Shown piece by piece: positions 57,381 to 64,000 of a DNA stretch of 64,000 nt. Numbering within the stretch: the first letter of the stretch is position 1; the number at the start of each line of letters is the position of its first letter. The position numbers were made by a program, and so were the translations under genes. This DNA comes from the human T2T-CHM13v2.0 reference genome, Homo sapiens. Location of the stretch: NCBI RefSeq assembly GCF_009914755.1, contig NC_060935.1. One strand, given 5' to 3'. Under the pieces are notes generated by a model. The model was not told the DNA's origin, did not search any database, and was given only the letters and a program-made list of their open reading frames with translations.

Positions 57381-57865
57381 TTTTTTTCATTTTAATTTTT
57401 TGAAGTTCAGGGGTACATGTGCAGGTTTATTATATAGTTTATATATATATAAACTTGTGTCATGGGGTTTTGTTTTACAGATTATTTTATTACCCAGGTA
57501 TTAAGCCCTCATACCCATTAGTTATTTTTCCTGATCCTTCTCCTCCTCCTGCCCTCTATCCTCCTATAGGCCCCAGTGTGTGTTGTTCCTCACTATGTGT
57601 CCATGTGTTCTCATCATTTACCTCCCACTTATAAGTGAGAACATGCAGTATTTGGTTTTCTGTTTCTGCATTAGTTTGCTAGAGATACTGTCCTCCAGCT
57701 TCATCCATGCTCCTGCAGGGGACATGATCTCGTTCTTTTTTTATGGCTGCATAGTATTCCATGGTGTATATGTACCACATTTCTTTATCTACTCACTTAC
57801 TTTGGGCATTTAGGTTGATTCTATGTCTTTGCTATTGTGAATAGTGCTGCAATGAACATATGTGC
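57381..57865 (-). mobile_element. L1PA13-15-like 3' end, 5'-truncated
   Basis: gttcaggggtacatgtgcaggttt...cccacttataagtgagaacatgcagtatttggttttctg; target duplication acaact(c)ttgatttc on both sides. Confidence 0.75.
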
Positions 57866-58121
57866 CACAACTTTGATTTCAACTTAGCATTCTATCTTTT
57901 GCCATATTTCATGCAAAACCTAACTCCCTTTTCCTTAAAAATATTTCATTTATTCACTCAATCCTAGAATGTACAAGAAGTTTCAGAATACTAATCCATG
58001 CCTCTGTAAAATAAGAGTTTAAATTTTGTTTAGATTTTGTTGTTGTTGGGGCCAGTGCAGTAGCTCATGCCTGTAATCTCAGCACTTTGGGAGGCCGAGG
58101 TGGGCGGATCACCTGATATCA

Positions 58122-58433
<312 letters not shown>

Positions 58434-58589
58434 TTACTCATTTAAAATAAAAGTACTATTTATTTACTTCTGTTTTTCTATTCAAGCTTTAGGATTTTCC
58501 TGTCTTGTGGATTTTAATTTTCTTGAGTATGTGAAACATTAACACATTTCCAGAAATTGAATCTGTACAAAGAAGGTGTATTCAGACAA

Positions 58590-63839
<5,250 letters not shown>

Positions 63840-64000
63840 TAATAGAGACAGGATTTCTCCATGTTGGTCAGGCTGGTCTCGAACTCCCAACCTAAGGTGA
63901 TCTGCCTGCCTCAGCCTCCCAAAGTGCTGGGATTACAGGCGTGAGCCTCTGTGCCTGGCCTCATTGTTACCGTTTTTTTTTTTTTTTTTTTTTTTGAGAT

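Overview
Primate (human-type) genomic DNA, very rich in Alu, L1, L2, MIR and DNA-transposon fossils. It carries the 5' four-fifths of NUCB2 (nucleobindin-2, the nesfatin-1 precursor) on the + strand. The gene has a CpG-island promoter at ~13.9-14.9 kb, two non-coding 5' exons (~14390-14479 and 20430-20584, the second derived from a MIR) and nine coding exons (32985-53134). These splice in frame by GT-AG into residues 1-334: signal peptide, nesfatin-1, the KR and RR convertase sites and both EF-hands. The last exons (leucine zipper, stop codon) are beyond the window end. I found no new protein-coding gene; almost all other ORFs in the track are Alu, L1 or GC-island artefacts. The structures most worth a second look are: (i) an old Alu-mediated inversion plus inverted duplication that flipped the 3' end of a Tc2/Kanga-like transposon (25.0-26.9 kb); (ii) a ~210-bp non-Alu inverted duplication with microhomology and a 12-nt tandem at the junction (56.25-57.06 kb); (iii) a 7SL pseudogene > ERV1 LTR > Alu nesting 2 kb upstream of the TSS; and (iv) a splicing architecture in which the ATG is the first triplet of its exon. 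Under (iv) the upstream exon sets the Kozak context and uORF overlap, and back-spliced circles flanked by inverted Alus would be stop-free ORFs. Repeat subfamily names come from recognising consensus motifs, not from a RepeatMasker run, and their boundaries are approximate.
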